IMG/VR virus record: IMGVR_UViG_3300032236_001613
Location: 186,001 to 250,000 of that record
Reading direction: 5' to 3' (one strand)
DNA: 64,000 bases
Shown here in pieces: positions 45,235-54,170 of the stretch. A program made the translations under genes and the position numbers. How positions within the stretch are numbered: position 1 is the stretch's first letter; each line of letters begins with the position of its first letter. The notes under the pieces are model-generated. The model was not told the origin of the DNA, did no database searches, and worked only from the letters and a program-made list of their open reading frames with translations.

Positions 45235-45493
45235 GAAAATTTATAAAACAATGCAAGGTAGAGAAGTTGATCTAGAAGCAATTCGTTCAAAAAACGAACT
45301 TACAGTTGCAGTCGGTAACGTTCAAATGAACGCCCGTGGAGATCAGCTAGGAAATGGAGGTAAGGTTATTAAAAAGAGAGAAGAAGTAGTTGCCGAATAC
45401 TACGAAGACAATCCAAACGCTGCAGTACAACAAAATATAGTAACGCCTCCTGTTGCTAATATTAACAGCGCAGAGGTCAAAAAGAAAGTATGA
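45227..45493 (+). CDS. Hypothetical phage protein
   Basis: AVGNVQMNARGD; AGGAG SD. Confidence 0.6.
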   Translation: MAKKIYKTMQGREVDLEAIRSKNELTVAVGNVQMNARGDQLGNGGKVIKKREEVVAEYYEDNPNAAVQQNIVTPPVANINSAEVKKKV

Positions 45494-45873
45494 ACAAAAT
45501 TAAAGGAAAATTACGTCCTATCAAGGACAAAATTTTAATTAGTCATATGGAATTTGGAATGGAGAAAACCTCTAGTGGAATTTTACTTCATTCTGATAAC
45601 GGAAAGAGATCCGGAATTCATCCCCGTTGGGCAAAAGTATATGCAGTTGGTGAAGAACAAACCGATGTTAAAGTTGGCGATTGGATTCTTTTAGAACACG
45701 GTAGATGGAGCCGAGGTATTGATTACATTACTCCAGAAGGTGAAGAAATTACTATACAGATGGCAGATAAAGATGCTATACTATTGGTTAGTGATAAAAA
45801 GCCCGACGATGTAATGCGCTCAGTATCTGCAGAAGCGGGATCAAATTATAATTTTAACATACCAGGTGCTTAA
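45490..45873 (+). CDS. groES: GroES/Cpn10-like co-chaperonin
   Basis: LRPIKDKIL, KTSSGILL, VYAVG, VKVGD. Confidence 0.8.
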   Translation: MNKIKGKLRPIKDKILISHMEFGMEKTSSGILLHSDNGKRSGIHPRWAKVYAVGEEQTDVKVGDWILLEHGRWSRGIDYITPEGEEITIQMADKDAILLVSDKKPDDVMRSVSAEAGSNYNFNIPGA

Positions 45874-46241
45874 TGACAAATCCATTTAAAGATCAAGAAA
45901 AATTTATGAAAGCCTGCGATCAAACAGTAGGCAAATTTAATGCAGATCAATACGAACTTTATTTTAATCTTATTCAAGAAGAAATGAAGGAACTATTTGT
46001 TGCAATTTTAGAAACAGATCGTAAAGAACAATTAGATGCCCTAATTGATATCTTAGTTGTTACAATTGGTGCTATTCATAGCATGGGTGCCGATGCCGAT
46101 GGCGCATGGAAGGAAGTTATGCGAACTAACTTTGCTAAGATCGATCGAGAAACTGGCAAAGTACGCAAGCGTGAGGACGGCAAAGTTCTTAAACCTGTCG
46201 GCTGGGCTCCTCCTGATTTAGCACCATTCGTTGAGATTTAA
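45873..46241 (+). CDS. MazG-like nucleotide pyrophosphohydrolase
   Basis: IQEEMKEL, DALID, EVMRTNFAK, REDGKVLKP. Confidence 0.85.
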   Translation: MTNPFKDQEKFMKACDQTVGKFNADQYELYFNLIQEEMKELFVAILETDRKEQLDALIDILVVTIGAIHSMGADADGAWKEVMRTNFAKIDRETGKVRKREDGKVLKPVGWAPPDLAPFVEI

Positions 46242-46252
46242 TAAGGAAAAAC

Positions 46253-46417
46253 ATGGATAACGATACCCCAAACCCAAAAAGACATAAACAGATTAGTCTT
46301 GTTAAAAGCGTAATTCGTATTATAGCAGGTGTTGTATTCTGCTATGGAGATGTAGCATTAGGCGGATTTTTGCTTATTTTAGCCGAAGCATTAGGCATTG
46401 CCGAAGAACTTGTATAA
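46253..46417 (+). CDS. Small 54-aa membrane protein (absent from the ORF track)
   Basis: AAGGA SD; HKQISLVKSVIRI...AEALGIAEELV. Confidence 0.6.
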   Translation: MDNDTPNPKRHKQISLVKSVIRIIAGVVFCYGDVALGGFLLILAEALGIAEELV

Positions 46418-46439
46418 AATATAAAAAAGGTAACAAATT

Positions 46440-46757
46440 TTGAAAAGACCTAACTTTTTAAAGCGTTGGCTTTATCGTATAGTAAGAGATGTAGGCGATT
46501 ACAAGGAATGTGACAATCCTACTGCCACTAGTATAGGCAGCGCCCCTCAATATGATCCTCTCGGTAGTCTTGATAGCCTTGATAGGCCTGTGTTAAATTT
46601 TCGTGTACACTTTGCCGACGGTGGTCGAATTGTGCAGATGAATCATTACAATAATCGTACCGACAAATCGAGCAGTAATTTGTATATTATTACCGAAGAC
46701 AAAGACATTGGTACGGAACTTGGTAAGATTATTACTATGGAAGGACTTCGTCGATGA
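46440..46757 (+). CDS. Hypothetical protein
   Basis: TTG start with AAGG SD; coupled to the next gene. Confidence 0.55.
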   Translation: MKRPNFLKRWLYRIVRDVGDYKECDNPTATSIGSAPQYDPLGSLDSLDRPVLNFRVHFADGGRIVQMNHYNNRTDKSSSNLYIITEDKDIGTELGKIITMEGLRR

Positions 46758-47680
46758 GTAAACAACTTTGGACTGAACAATACAGACCAAAAACTGTTGA
46801 CGGATACGTTTTTCGTGACGAAGCGCAGCGTACACAGATTAACAATTGGATTAAAGAAAAATCCATTCCGCATCTGTTGTTAAGCGGTAGCCCAGGTATT
46901 GGAAAAACTACCTTGGCTAAAATTTTACTAAATGCACTCGAAGTTAACGAATATGATATTTTAGAAATTAACGCTAGTCGTAACAATGGTGTAGATTATC
47001 TAAGAGATACTATTAGTAATTTTATTTGTTTAATTCCTTTTGGAGATTTTAAAGTTGTTCTTTTGGACGAAGCCGATTATCTTAGTTTAAATGCACAAGC
47101 AATTTTGCGAGGACTTATGGAGGAATACCATGAGACAGCTCGTTTTATCTTAACTTGTAATTTTCCACATAAGATTATTCCTGCAATTCATAGTCGTTGC
47201 CAGAGTTTCCATGTGGAAAAAACCGATCAAGTAGAATTCACTGCAAGAGTCGCAACTATTCTAGTAACTGAAAATGTCGAATTTGACCTAGATGTTCTAG
47301 ATACATTTGTTAAATTAACTTATCCTGATTTACGTAAGTGTATCAATCTTTTGCAACAAAACTCGTTTGATAAAAAGTTGTCTTTACCATCTAAGGGCGA
47401 TAACGGTGTATCAGACTATAAAATTGATATGATTGAATTATTTAAGAAAGGTAAAATTAGAGAGGCTAGAACGCTACTCTGTAGCTCTGCAAGACCAGAA
47501 GAAATGGAGGACATTTACAGGTGGTGCTACGACAATCTTGACTTGTTTGGCAAAGACGACGAGACTAAAGATAGTGCGTTGTTGATCATCAAACAGGGTC
47601 TAGTCGACCATACTATTTGTGCCGACAGCGAAATAAATCTTGCCGCAACTCTAGTAAAGTTATCTAGACTTCAAAAATAA
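46754..47680 (+). CDS. Clamp loader AAA+ subunit (RFC/gp44-like)
   Basis: LWTEQYRP, GSPGIGKTT, INAS, LDEAD, SRC. Confidence 0.93.
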   Translation: MSKQLWTEQYRPKTVDGYVFRDEAQRTQINNWIKEKSIPHLLLSGSPGIGKTTLAKILLNALEVNEYDILEINASRNNGVDYLRDTISNFICLIPFGDFKVVLLDEADYLSLNAQAILRGLMEEYHETARFILTCNFPHKIIPAIHSRCQSFHVEKTDQVEFTARVATILVTENVEFDLDVLDTFVKLTYPDLRKCINLLQQNSFDKKLSLPSKGDNGVSDYKIDMIELFKKGKIREARTLLCSSARPEEMEDIYRWCYDNLDLFGKDDETKDSALLIIKQGLVDHTICADSEINLAATLVKLSRLQK

Positions 47681-47715
47681 GCGGTGCTATAGTGCAGGTG
47701 TGTTAGCACCGCTTA
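47678..47715. terminator. Hairpin between convergent genes, probable bidirectional terminator
   Basis: TAAGCGGTGCTA/TAGCACCGCTTA. Confidence 0.7.
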
Positions 47716-47720
47716 CTTTA

Positions 47721-48473
47721 TTAATCGTTTTCTTTATAGATTGACAATATTTCTTTGACTACAGGATGTCTTTCGATATCCTGTGGATCAAACCAAACAA
47801 CATCTACCAATCTAGAATTAGAAAAATCGTCAAACAAATTGACAAATTCTAATAATCCATTTTCTCTTGGGCGATCTGCTTGATTTAAATCACCAGTAAC
47901 TGCCATTCTGCTACCGTCACCAATGCGTGTTAATAACATTTTCATTTGGCTTGGAGTAGCATTTTGCATTTCGTCTGCTACAATGAATGCGTTTTTAAAG
48001 GTTCTACCACGCATGTAAGCTAACGGACTTATTTCAATAATTCCGTTTTCAAGCATGCTAGCAACTTCTTTTGGATGATAATATTCTTCAAAAACATCCA
48101 TAATTGGACGAGTCCAAGGTTCCATCTTCTGATTTAATGTACCAGGTAAAAAACCATGTTCTTCGTCAACACTTACTGCTGGACGAGTTATAATAATTTT
48201 TCTGATACTACCTTCTCTATATAGTTTGATAGCCATTTGAACAGCAATCATTGTTTTACCAGTACCTGCTGGTCCTACAGCAAAAACTATATATTTTTTA
48301 GGGTTTTTTAAGGTCTCGACATAGGTTTCCTGTGCTAAATTACGTGGAATTATGTTTACTTCTGTTTGTTTTCGTGTTTTATGTTTAAATTCCAGTAAAT
48401 TTTTATCATCATTTGCAAAACGTGGGTCTCTATCAACTTGGACCATACGGTCCTTTCTACGTGTCTTAGGCAA
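47721..48473 (-). CDS. phoH: PhoH-family ATPase
   Basis: GPAGTGKT, GFLPG, YMRGRTF, DEMQN, GDLNQ; TTG start after AAGGAG. Confidence 0.95.
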   Translation of the reverse strand: MPKTRRKDRMVQVDRDPRFANDDKNLLEFKHKTRKQTEVNIIPRNLAQETYVETLKNPKKYIVFAVGPAGTGKTMIAVQMAIKLYREGSIRKIIITRPAVSVDEEHGFLPGTLNQKMEPWTRPIMDVFEEYYHPKEVASMLENGIIEISPLAYMRGRTFKNAFIVADEMQNATPSQMKMLLTRIGDGSRMAVTGDLNQADRPRENGLLEFVNLFDDFSNSRLVDVVWFDPQDIERHPVVKEILSIYKEND

Positions 48474-48596
48474 ATTAAGCTCCTTATTGAACAATAATTT
48501 CGAGAACACCTGCAACAATATTTAAGAATAAAATTTAAAAACCCATCCAAACAGCTTTATTTTATATCGTATAAATATAAACATAAGAGAATCACT

Positions 48597-49157
48597 ATGC
48601 ACGACATTGTTGACATTATTAAAAACCTACAAACTTTAACAGTAAACGACTCTGCCTTTAAAATTCTAAAGGATTTTGAAAGGGTTCTCGACGAACTCGA
48701 TGTTTACGTATTTGATAATTGGATTGACGGCGAATTATTTGCAGGGCCCGAAGTCGGCAGATACATGGTTACTTGTAAATTTATATGGCCGTATAAGAAC
48801 ATGCCTCATCCTAGAGGCGGATACCGATTATTAGATTATGGGTGTAAAGTATACTATAAGGAAACAGAATTAATGGTTCCTCGCAAGGTTCACAAACCTA
48901 GCGATTTTAGACCTAATACAAAAAAAGGTAAAATAGATGCTCACCCAGTATGGATAGTTACTATTAAAATGCCTAAAAAGCTAATGCAGGATATCTACCA
49001 AGGATATAAAGAAAAAGACAGTCATAGATTAGCTGATTTGATGAAAGACGACACCAGTAAAAATATGACCCCACAGCAAATTGCTCCGGAGACAGAAATT
49101 AATGAACCGCCAGTTCCGCCACCAGCACCACCAGGCCCGCCCCCAACACAAGCCTAA
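48597..49157 (+). CDS. Hypothetical phage protein
   Basis: ORF behind TATAAATA. Confidence 0.65.
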   Translation: MHDIVDIIKNLQTLTVNDSAFKILKDFERVLDELDVYVFDNWIDGELFAGPEVGRYMVTCKFIWPYKNMPHPRGGYRLLDYGCKVYYKETELMVPRKVHKPSDFRPNTKKGKIDAHPVWIVTIKMPKKLMQDIYQGYKEKDSHRLADLMKDDTSKNMTPQQIAPETEINEPPVPPPAPPGPPPTQA

Positions 49158-49893
49158 GCTTTTCGAAGGGTTACGTGCTGACGATCTAAAAGATATGGTT
49201 TCAAACCATTTCAGAATTGATCAATATAAAAGCAAAATGGGTAACGACGACCATATTATTGTAGTGTCGTTCAAAGTTATGGATAAATTTCCTGCTATTG
49301 ATTTGATGGAATTTATCGAAAAAGGTTATGTCGAAGCACTCGACGCAGATATGAGCTCTGGTGAAGAAAAAGATGGAAAATATTCTGTATTTGTTGAATA
49401 TCAAAGAGACGAAACATTTCCAAAGCATATTTCTCAGTTAATTAAAGATATTTCAAAGCTTTGTAATATTGACCAATGGTTTTTTAAATACTTTAAAGAT
49501 CCAGAAACACATTCTTTTACAAAAGAAGCTATAGAAAAATTCGTACCATTAACACCAGAAGATTACAAATTAAGAGTTAAAGAACATACAATCGATAGCA
49601 TCGATGATGTATTAGATCAAGGTACTACAAAAGTAGTCGATGTAGACGAAAATAATAATTTTATTATAACTAGACCCTATTCAGGTAACTTAGAGTTTAC
49701 TTTAGAAAATATCGGTAGTTACGATGAACTTGTTGCAGAATTGCCAGGGCATATACAGCTAGATGAATCTTCAAATAGCGAAGTACTATTTTTAGAAAAA
49801 TATCTAGGTAATTACGAAATATATAAAATTAATGAAAAATTTTTAATTAAGAACAAGAACCGAGCTATTGTAGTTTCTAAAAAAGGATGGTAA
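49081..49893 (+). CDS. Hypothetical phage protein (start uncertain)
   Basis: Long acidic ORF overlapping the upstream gene. Confidence 0.6.
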   Translation: MLRRQKLMNRQFRHQHHQARPQHKPKLFEGLRADDLKDMVSNHFRIDQYKSKMGNDDHIIVVSFKVMDKFPAIDLMEFIEKGYVEALDADMSSGEEKDGKYSVFVEYQRDETFPKHISQLIKDISKLCNIDQWFFKYFKDPETHSFTKEAIEKFVPLTPEDYKLRVKEHTIDSIDDVLDQGTTKVVDVDENNNFIITRPYSGNLEFTLENIGSYDELVAELPGHIQLDESSNSEVLFLEKYLGNYEIYKINEKFLIKNKNRAIVVSKKGW

Positions 49894-49894
49894 T

Positions 49895-50359
49895 ATGTGG
49901 TTTTTATTACATTTAATCCCTGATAGTTTTTTACATTTACTTGTACATGGAGTGACCTTACTCGGATTTATAGGATTTTTATTAGCTATATTTGCTAAAA
50001 AGATTCCTTTAATATCAAATTACGGCGTGATACTAGGATTTGTAAGTATATTAGTACTAGTACTAGGTGTTTACCTAGAAGGCGGCTACGGTGTTGAAAT
50101 GATGTGGCGTAATAAAGCTGCTGATTTACAAAAACAAGTTGCGTTGGCTGAGGAAAAATCAAAGACTGCTAATAGTAAAATAGAAGTACAGGTAGTTAAA
50201 GAAATACAAACAGTTCACGACGTACAAGTCAAGTGGAAAGAAAAACTAGTAACAATAACAGAAAAAATTGATTCGCAATGTACTGTGGATCCTTCGGCAA
50301 TTGATTTACTTAATAAAGCTGCTATGAATCCTCTAGATTATACTGAGGTAACAAAATGA
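49895..50359 (+). CDS. Putative inner-membrane spanin (Rz-like)
   Basis: TM segments, coiled coil, C-terminal Cys; precedes a lipoprotein. Confidence 0.6.
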   Translation: MWFLLHLIPDSFLHLLVHGVTLLGFIGFLLAIFAKKIPLISNYGVILGFVSILVLVLGVYLEGGYGVEMMWRNKAADLQKQVALAEEKSKTANSKIEVQVVKEIQTVHDVQVKWKEKLVTITEKIDSQCTVDPSAIDLLNKAAMNPLDYTEVTK

Positions 50360-50631
50360 AGAGAATAATTTTAATTATGTTACTATCTTCGCTATATGGG
50401 TGTTGTACAACTCCAGTTCCTGTTGAAAGACATTTTCCCGATGTTCCTACAGAATTAAAAACTCCTTGCCCTAGTGATTTGAAAAAAATCGATCCTAACA
50501 CAACTAAACTTAGCGATGTGGTAAACACAGTTATTGATAATTATAGTCAATATCACGAGTGTGGTGTAAAAGTTAGAGCATGGATTGACTGGTATGATCA
50601 GCAAAAGGCTATTTTTGATAGCGTAAAATGA
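50356..50631 (+). CDS. Putative outer-membrane spanin lipoprotein (Rz1-like)
   Basis: Lipobox LYGC, Pro-rich, NY..YHEC....AW..W. Confidence 0.7.
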   Translation: MKRIILIMLLSSLYGCCTTPVPVERHFPDVPTELKTPCPSDLKKIDPNTTKLSDVVNTVIDNYSQYHECGVKVRAWIDWYDQQKAIFDSVK

Positions 50632-51026
50632 AAAAAGTATTATTTTTAATTTTATTTCTTTTAACTGGATGTAGTACGTTAGTTGATTCATATTTAATGA
50701 AGTACGATACTAATGAATATCAGCTTATTACGGAAATAAGAACTACATCACAACTAGCTAAAGAAAAATGCGACACACCTGATGCTGCTAATGATTCAGT
50801 TAAACTATATTCCTTAACAGTTTCTTTTGTAAATTATACACAATTTTTACCACATGATGATAAAGTAAAAAATGCAGCAGTAGAATTAAACAAAATGTCT
50901 ACTGGGTTGAGAGATCAGTATGCTAAAAGCAGTAAAGTTAGCACTGCCTTTTGCAAGATTAAATTTGAGAACATAGAAAATAGTGCCAAAATTATTCAAC
51001 AGGCAGTAGGAGCTAAATCAAGATGA
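50628..51026 (+). CDS. Lipoprotein
   Basis: Lipobox LTGC. Confidence 0.7.
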   Translation: MKKVLFLILFLLTGCSTLVDSYLMKYDTNEYQLITEIRTTSQLAKEKCDTPDAANDSVKLYSLTVSFVNYTQFLPHDDKVKNAAVELNKMSTGLRDQYAKSSKVSTAFCKIKFENIENSAKIIQQAVGAKSR

Positions 51027-51277
51027 CTATAGAATATAACCAAAGTTTATTATCTAAAATTAGTAGCAATAACCCTGACATTAATGCAGCAGCCGCAAAA
51101 GTAAATGAATATACAGAATTAGCCAAAACAGGACAAATTAGCTACGGCGAACTAGCAGATCTAATCGCAGATATACAAAGTCAAGTAAACATACAATCTA
51201 ATATGGCCGAACTTGATGCTATGAATACACTAAACACTGCAATTAACGGATTAATTATGATAGCAAAAATGGCATAA
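51023..51277 (+). CDS. Hypothetical protein
   Basis: Coupled ORF. Confidence 0.55.
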   Translation: MTIEYNQSLLSKISSNNPDINAAAAKVNEYTELAKTGQISYGELADLIADIQSQVNIQSNMAELDAMNTLNTAINGLIMIAKMA

Positions 51278-51336
51278 ACTACTCACTTAATTTTTAAATT
51301 CTGGTTATTAAATACAAAGTTAATACGGAGTTTAAT

Positions 51337-51957
51337 ATGTCTTTTCCTCTAACTGAACAACAGTTATCTCAGATTATTCCTAGTAATCGACATGTACCGG
51401 AATGGTATGAGGTATTAGCACAATGCTTACCCGACTATGATATCAATACTAAGCCACGCATTGCTGCATTCTTAGCTCAATGTGCACACGAAAGTGGTGA
51501 GTTTAAATTAATTAAAGAAAACTTAAACTATAAATCCGAAACTTTAATGAGGATTTGGCCAAGATTATACCCCACTAAAGAAATTGCTGATCAATATGCT
51601 CATAAACCAGAAATGATTGCTAATAGGTCTTATGGTGGCCGGATGGGCAACGGTCCAGAAGCTACCGGTGATGGCTATAAATTCTGCGGTAGAGGATTAA
51701 TACAAATTACAGGAAAGAATAACTATCAGGCATTTGCAGATAGTCTAGAAATAAGTGTCAACGATGTTCCAGAATATATGGCAACGTTTGAAGGTGCTGT
51801 ACAAAGTGCTTGCTGGTTCTGGGAAAGCAATAACTTAAATCAATGGGCCGATATCGGAGACATTGCTACAATAACAAAAAAAATTAATGGCGGAACTATC
51901 GGTCTTGATGATCGAACAAAACGCTATCAACACGCACTACAAATTTTAGGAGCTTAA
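51337..51957 (+). CDS. GH19 endolysin
   Basis: AAFLAQCAHES, ENLNY, GRGLIQITGKNNY, INGG..GLDDR. Confidence 0.92.
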   Translation: MSFPLTEQQLSQIIPSNRHVPEWYEVLAQCLPDYDINTKPRIAAFLAQCAHESGEFKLIKENLNYKSETLMRIWPRLYPTKEIADQYAHKPEMIANRSYGGRMGNGPEATGDGYKFCGRGLIQITGKNNYQAFADSLEISVNDVPEYMATFEGAVQSACWFWESNNLNQWADIGDIATITKKINGGTIGLDDRTKRYQHALQILGA

Positions 51958-51960
51958 TAG

Positions 51961-52527
51961 ATGAGTATAGTAGATACAGTTTTAAAAATGGTAACCAAAC
52001 AACCTAAAGAAGCGCCAACAGGCTCGCGTAGCGAAAGAGAAGCAAAAATTAAAGACAAAGCAGGCTTAGTTATTAACGTATTTGCATTATTACTTGCAGT
52101 AAACACATTTATTGCAGGTGGTCTTAGCAGTACTGTAATGAACAATACAATTAAAGCTAACGATTTATGGAATTTTTATCAGGCAAAAAGCGTTAAACAA
52201 ACACAATATATGTTAGCAAGCGAACAAACTACCGATTCTGTTAAAGCTGCCAAATGGGCAGAAAAAGCAGCTAGTTACGAAAGCGATCCTGCTACTGGCG
52301 AAGGTAAAAAAGAAATATTCGAAAAGGCTAAAAAATTAGAAGCAGATAGAGATGCAGCAAAAAAACGTAGTCCATGGATTGGATATGCTAGCACTGCTTA
52401 TCAACTAAGCATTGTTCTATTATCGGCAAGTATTCTTGCAGTAAACATGTATCTATTCTGGGGAAGTTTTGTAGTTGCAGGAGTAGGATTATTATTAATG
52501 AGCCAAGGTATTTGGATGTGGTTCTAA
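51961..52527 (+). CDS. DUF4337-like membrane protein
   Basis: NDLWNFYQAKS, QLSIVLLSAS, three TM segments. Confidence 0.7.
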   Translation: MSIVDTVLKMVTKQPKEAPTGSRSEREAKIKDKAGLVINVFALLLAVNTFIAGGLSSTVMNNTIKANDLWNFYQAKSVKQTQYMLASEQTTDSVKAAKWAEKAASYESDPATGEGKKEIFEKAKKLEADRDAAKKRSPWIGYASTAYQLSIVLLSASILAVNMYLFWGSFVVAGVGLLLMSQGIWMWF

Positions 52528-52536
52528 GGAGCAATT

Positions 52537-53040
52537 ATGGCCGACGATACAGAGGATAAAGATAAAGAACATTGGATGAACAGTAAATGGCGTCCTGCTA
52601 TGGGGTGGATGTACATGTTTGTCTGCTTTTTTGATTTTGTAATAGCACCAGTAGGCTGGAGTGTTTTACAAGCATTAGAAAAAGGTCAAGTAAACATGCA
52701 ATGGCAACCGTTAACCTTACAAGGTGCCGGATTATTCCATTTAGCAATGGGTGCTGTTTTAGGACTTGCTGCATACGGTCGCACACAAGAAAAGATCGCT
52801 GGTGCAAACAATGGAGGGGCAGGCCCATCTAGCTTAGGCGGAGGGGTTGCAACAGGGTTAGGTACTACCTATACACCACCTCCGCCACCACCACCACAAC
52901 CTGTTGCACCTGCGCCGGTTGCAGCGCCTACTCCTGCTCCAGTTGTACCTGTTGTTAAGGTACCAACTATTAGTCCAGGAGTAGTTACAGGATTTGGAGG
53001 TAAAAAAGCACCTCCTCCACAAGAAGATCCACCAATTTAA
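52537..53040 (+). CDS. Putative 3TM holin with Pro-rich tail
   Basis: WRPAMGW, GAVLG...GRTQEK. Confidence 0.7.
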   Translation: MADDTEDKDKEHWMNSKWRPAMGWMYMFVCFFDFVIAPVGWSVLQALEKGQVNMQWQPLTLQGAGLFHLAMGAVLGLAAYGRTQEKIAGANNGGAGPSSLGGGVATGLGTTYTPPPPPPPQPVAPAPVAAPTPAPVVPVVKVPTISPGVVTGFGGKKAPPPQEDPPI

Positions 53041-53051
53041 GGAGTTTATTA

Positions 53052-53255
53052 ATGAAAAAAATTTTAGCATTGATGGCATGCTTACTACTTGCTCAATCTG
53101 CATTTGCAGGTGGTGTTGATAAAGTAGTTTGCAAAGATAAAACAGATAAAGTAGGCAAAGTTGTTAAAGATAAAAAAGGAAACGTGGTACAGGTTTGTAA
53201 AACCATTAAGGTACATAAAAAGTTAGAAGGTGCAGAACCAGTTCCTAACAAATAA
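53052..53255 (+). CDS. Small secreted protein
   Basis: Signal peptide ending AFA; two Cys. Confidence 0.6.
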   Translation: MKKILALMACLLLAQSAFAGGVDKVVCKDKTDKVGKVVKDKKGNVVQVCKTIKVHKKLEGAEPVPNK

Positions 53256-53275
53256 TGATACCTTGACAATAAATT

Positions 53276-53314
53276 AAAGGTGTACTATACTATTTGTATG
53301 GTACACCTTTTTTT
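53276..53314 (+). terminator. Intrinsic terminator overlapping a sigma70 promoter (53263-53291)
   Basis: AAAGGTGTACTA/TGGTACACCTTT plus T run; TTGACA-N17-TATACT. Confidence 0.65.
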
Positions 53315-54142
53315 ATGACAAACTATTATCAAACATTAGGAATTGACAAAACTGCCGACGAAAACGCTATTAAACAAGCGTACCGTAAAATGGCTATGCG
53401 ACACCACCCCGATCGTGGCGGTGATCAAGCAGAATTTCAAAAAATTCAAGAAGCTTACAGTGTATTAAGCGATCCTGTAAAACGTCAACAATACGATAAC
53501 CCGCAACCTCAACCGCAATTCCATCATTTCCACGGAGGCGGTGTGCCACCTGGTTTTGAAGATCTATTTAGACAGTTTGGTGTGAATTTCGGGTTCGAGG
53601 GCGGATTCCGGCAGCAACCAAGAAATAGAACATTAAATCTTCAAACAACAATTAGTCTAGAAGACTCACTTACTGGTAAAGAACTTGTAGCAAACATAAC
53701 TTTACCAAATGGTAGAGAAAACATTATAAATGTAAAAATTCCTCCTGGCATACAGGACGGAAACACACTTAGACTAAGAGAAATGGGCGACGATTCTGTT
53801 CCAGGAGTGCCTCGAGGTGATGTACATTTAGTGGTGCATGTAATACCTCATAAGGACTTCCAAAGGCATGGCGACGATTTAGTAAAAGAAGTTAGTATTA
53901 ATGTGTTTGATGCAATGCTTGGGTGTATTCTATCTGTTTATACGTTAGACCAAAGATTATTAGAAGTTAATATTCCTGCAGGTACTCAACATGACACTAC
54001 ATTAAGTGTACAAGGGCACGGCATGCCAAATGTAAATGATCCGCGATTCCGAGGAAGACTACTTTTAAATTTAAAAATCTTTGTTCCAAATCTCACTGCT
54101 GATCAGATAGAATTAATAAAAAAAGCAAGTTTGTTAAATTAA
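53315..54142 (+). CDS. DnaJ/CbpA-like co-chaperone without zinc finger
   Basis: J domain with HPD, G/F region, DnaJ C-terminal domain. Confidence 0.92.
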   Translation: MTNYYQTLGIDKTADENAIKQAYRKMAMRHHPDRGGDQAEFQKIQEAYSVLSDPVKRQQYDNPQPQPQFHHFHGGGVPPGFEDLFRQFGVNFGFEGGFRQQPRNRTLNLQTTISLEDSLTGKELVANITLPNGRENIINVKIPPGIQDGNTLRLREMGDDSVPGVPRGDVHLVVHVIPHKDFQRHGDDLVKEVSINVFDAMLGCILSVYTLDQRLLEVNIPAGTQHDTTLSVQGHGMPNVNDPRFRGRLLLNLKIFVPNLTADQIELIKKASLLN

Positions 54143-54170
54143 ATTCAATCAATAAAAAGGAAATTATTAA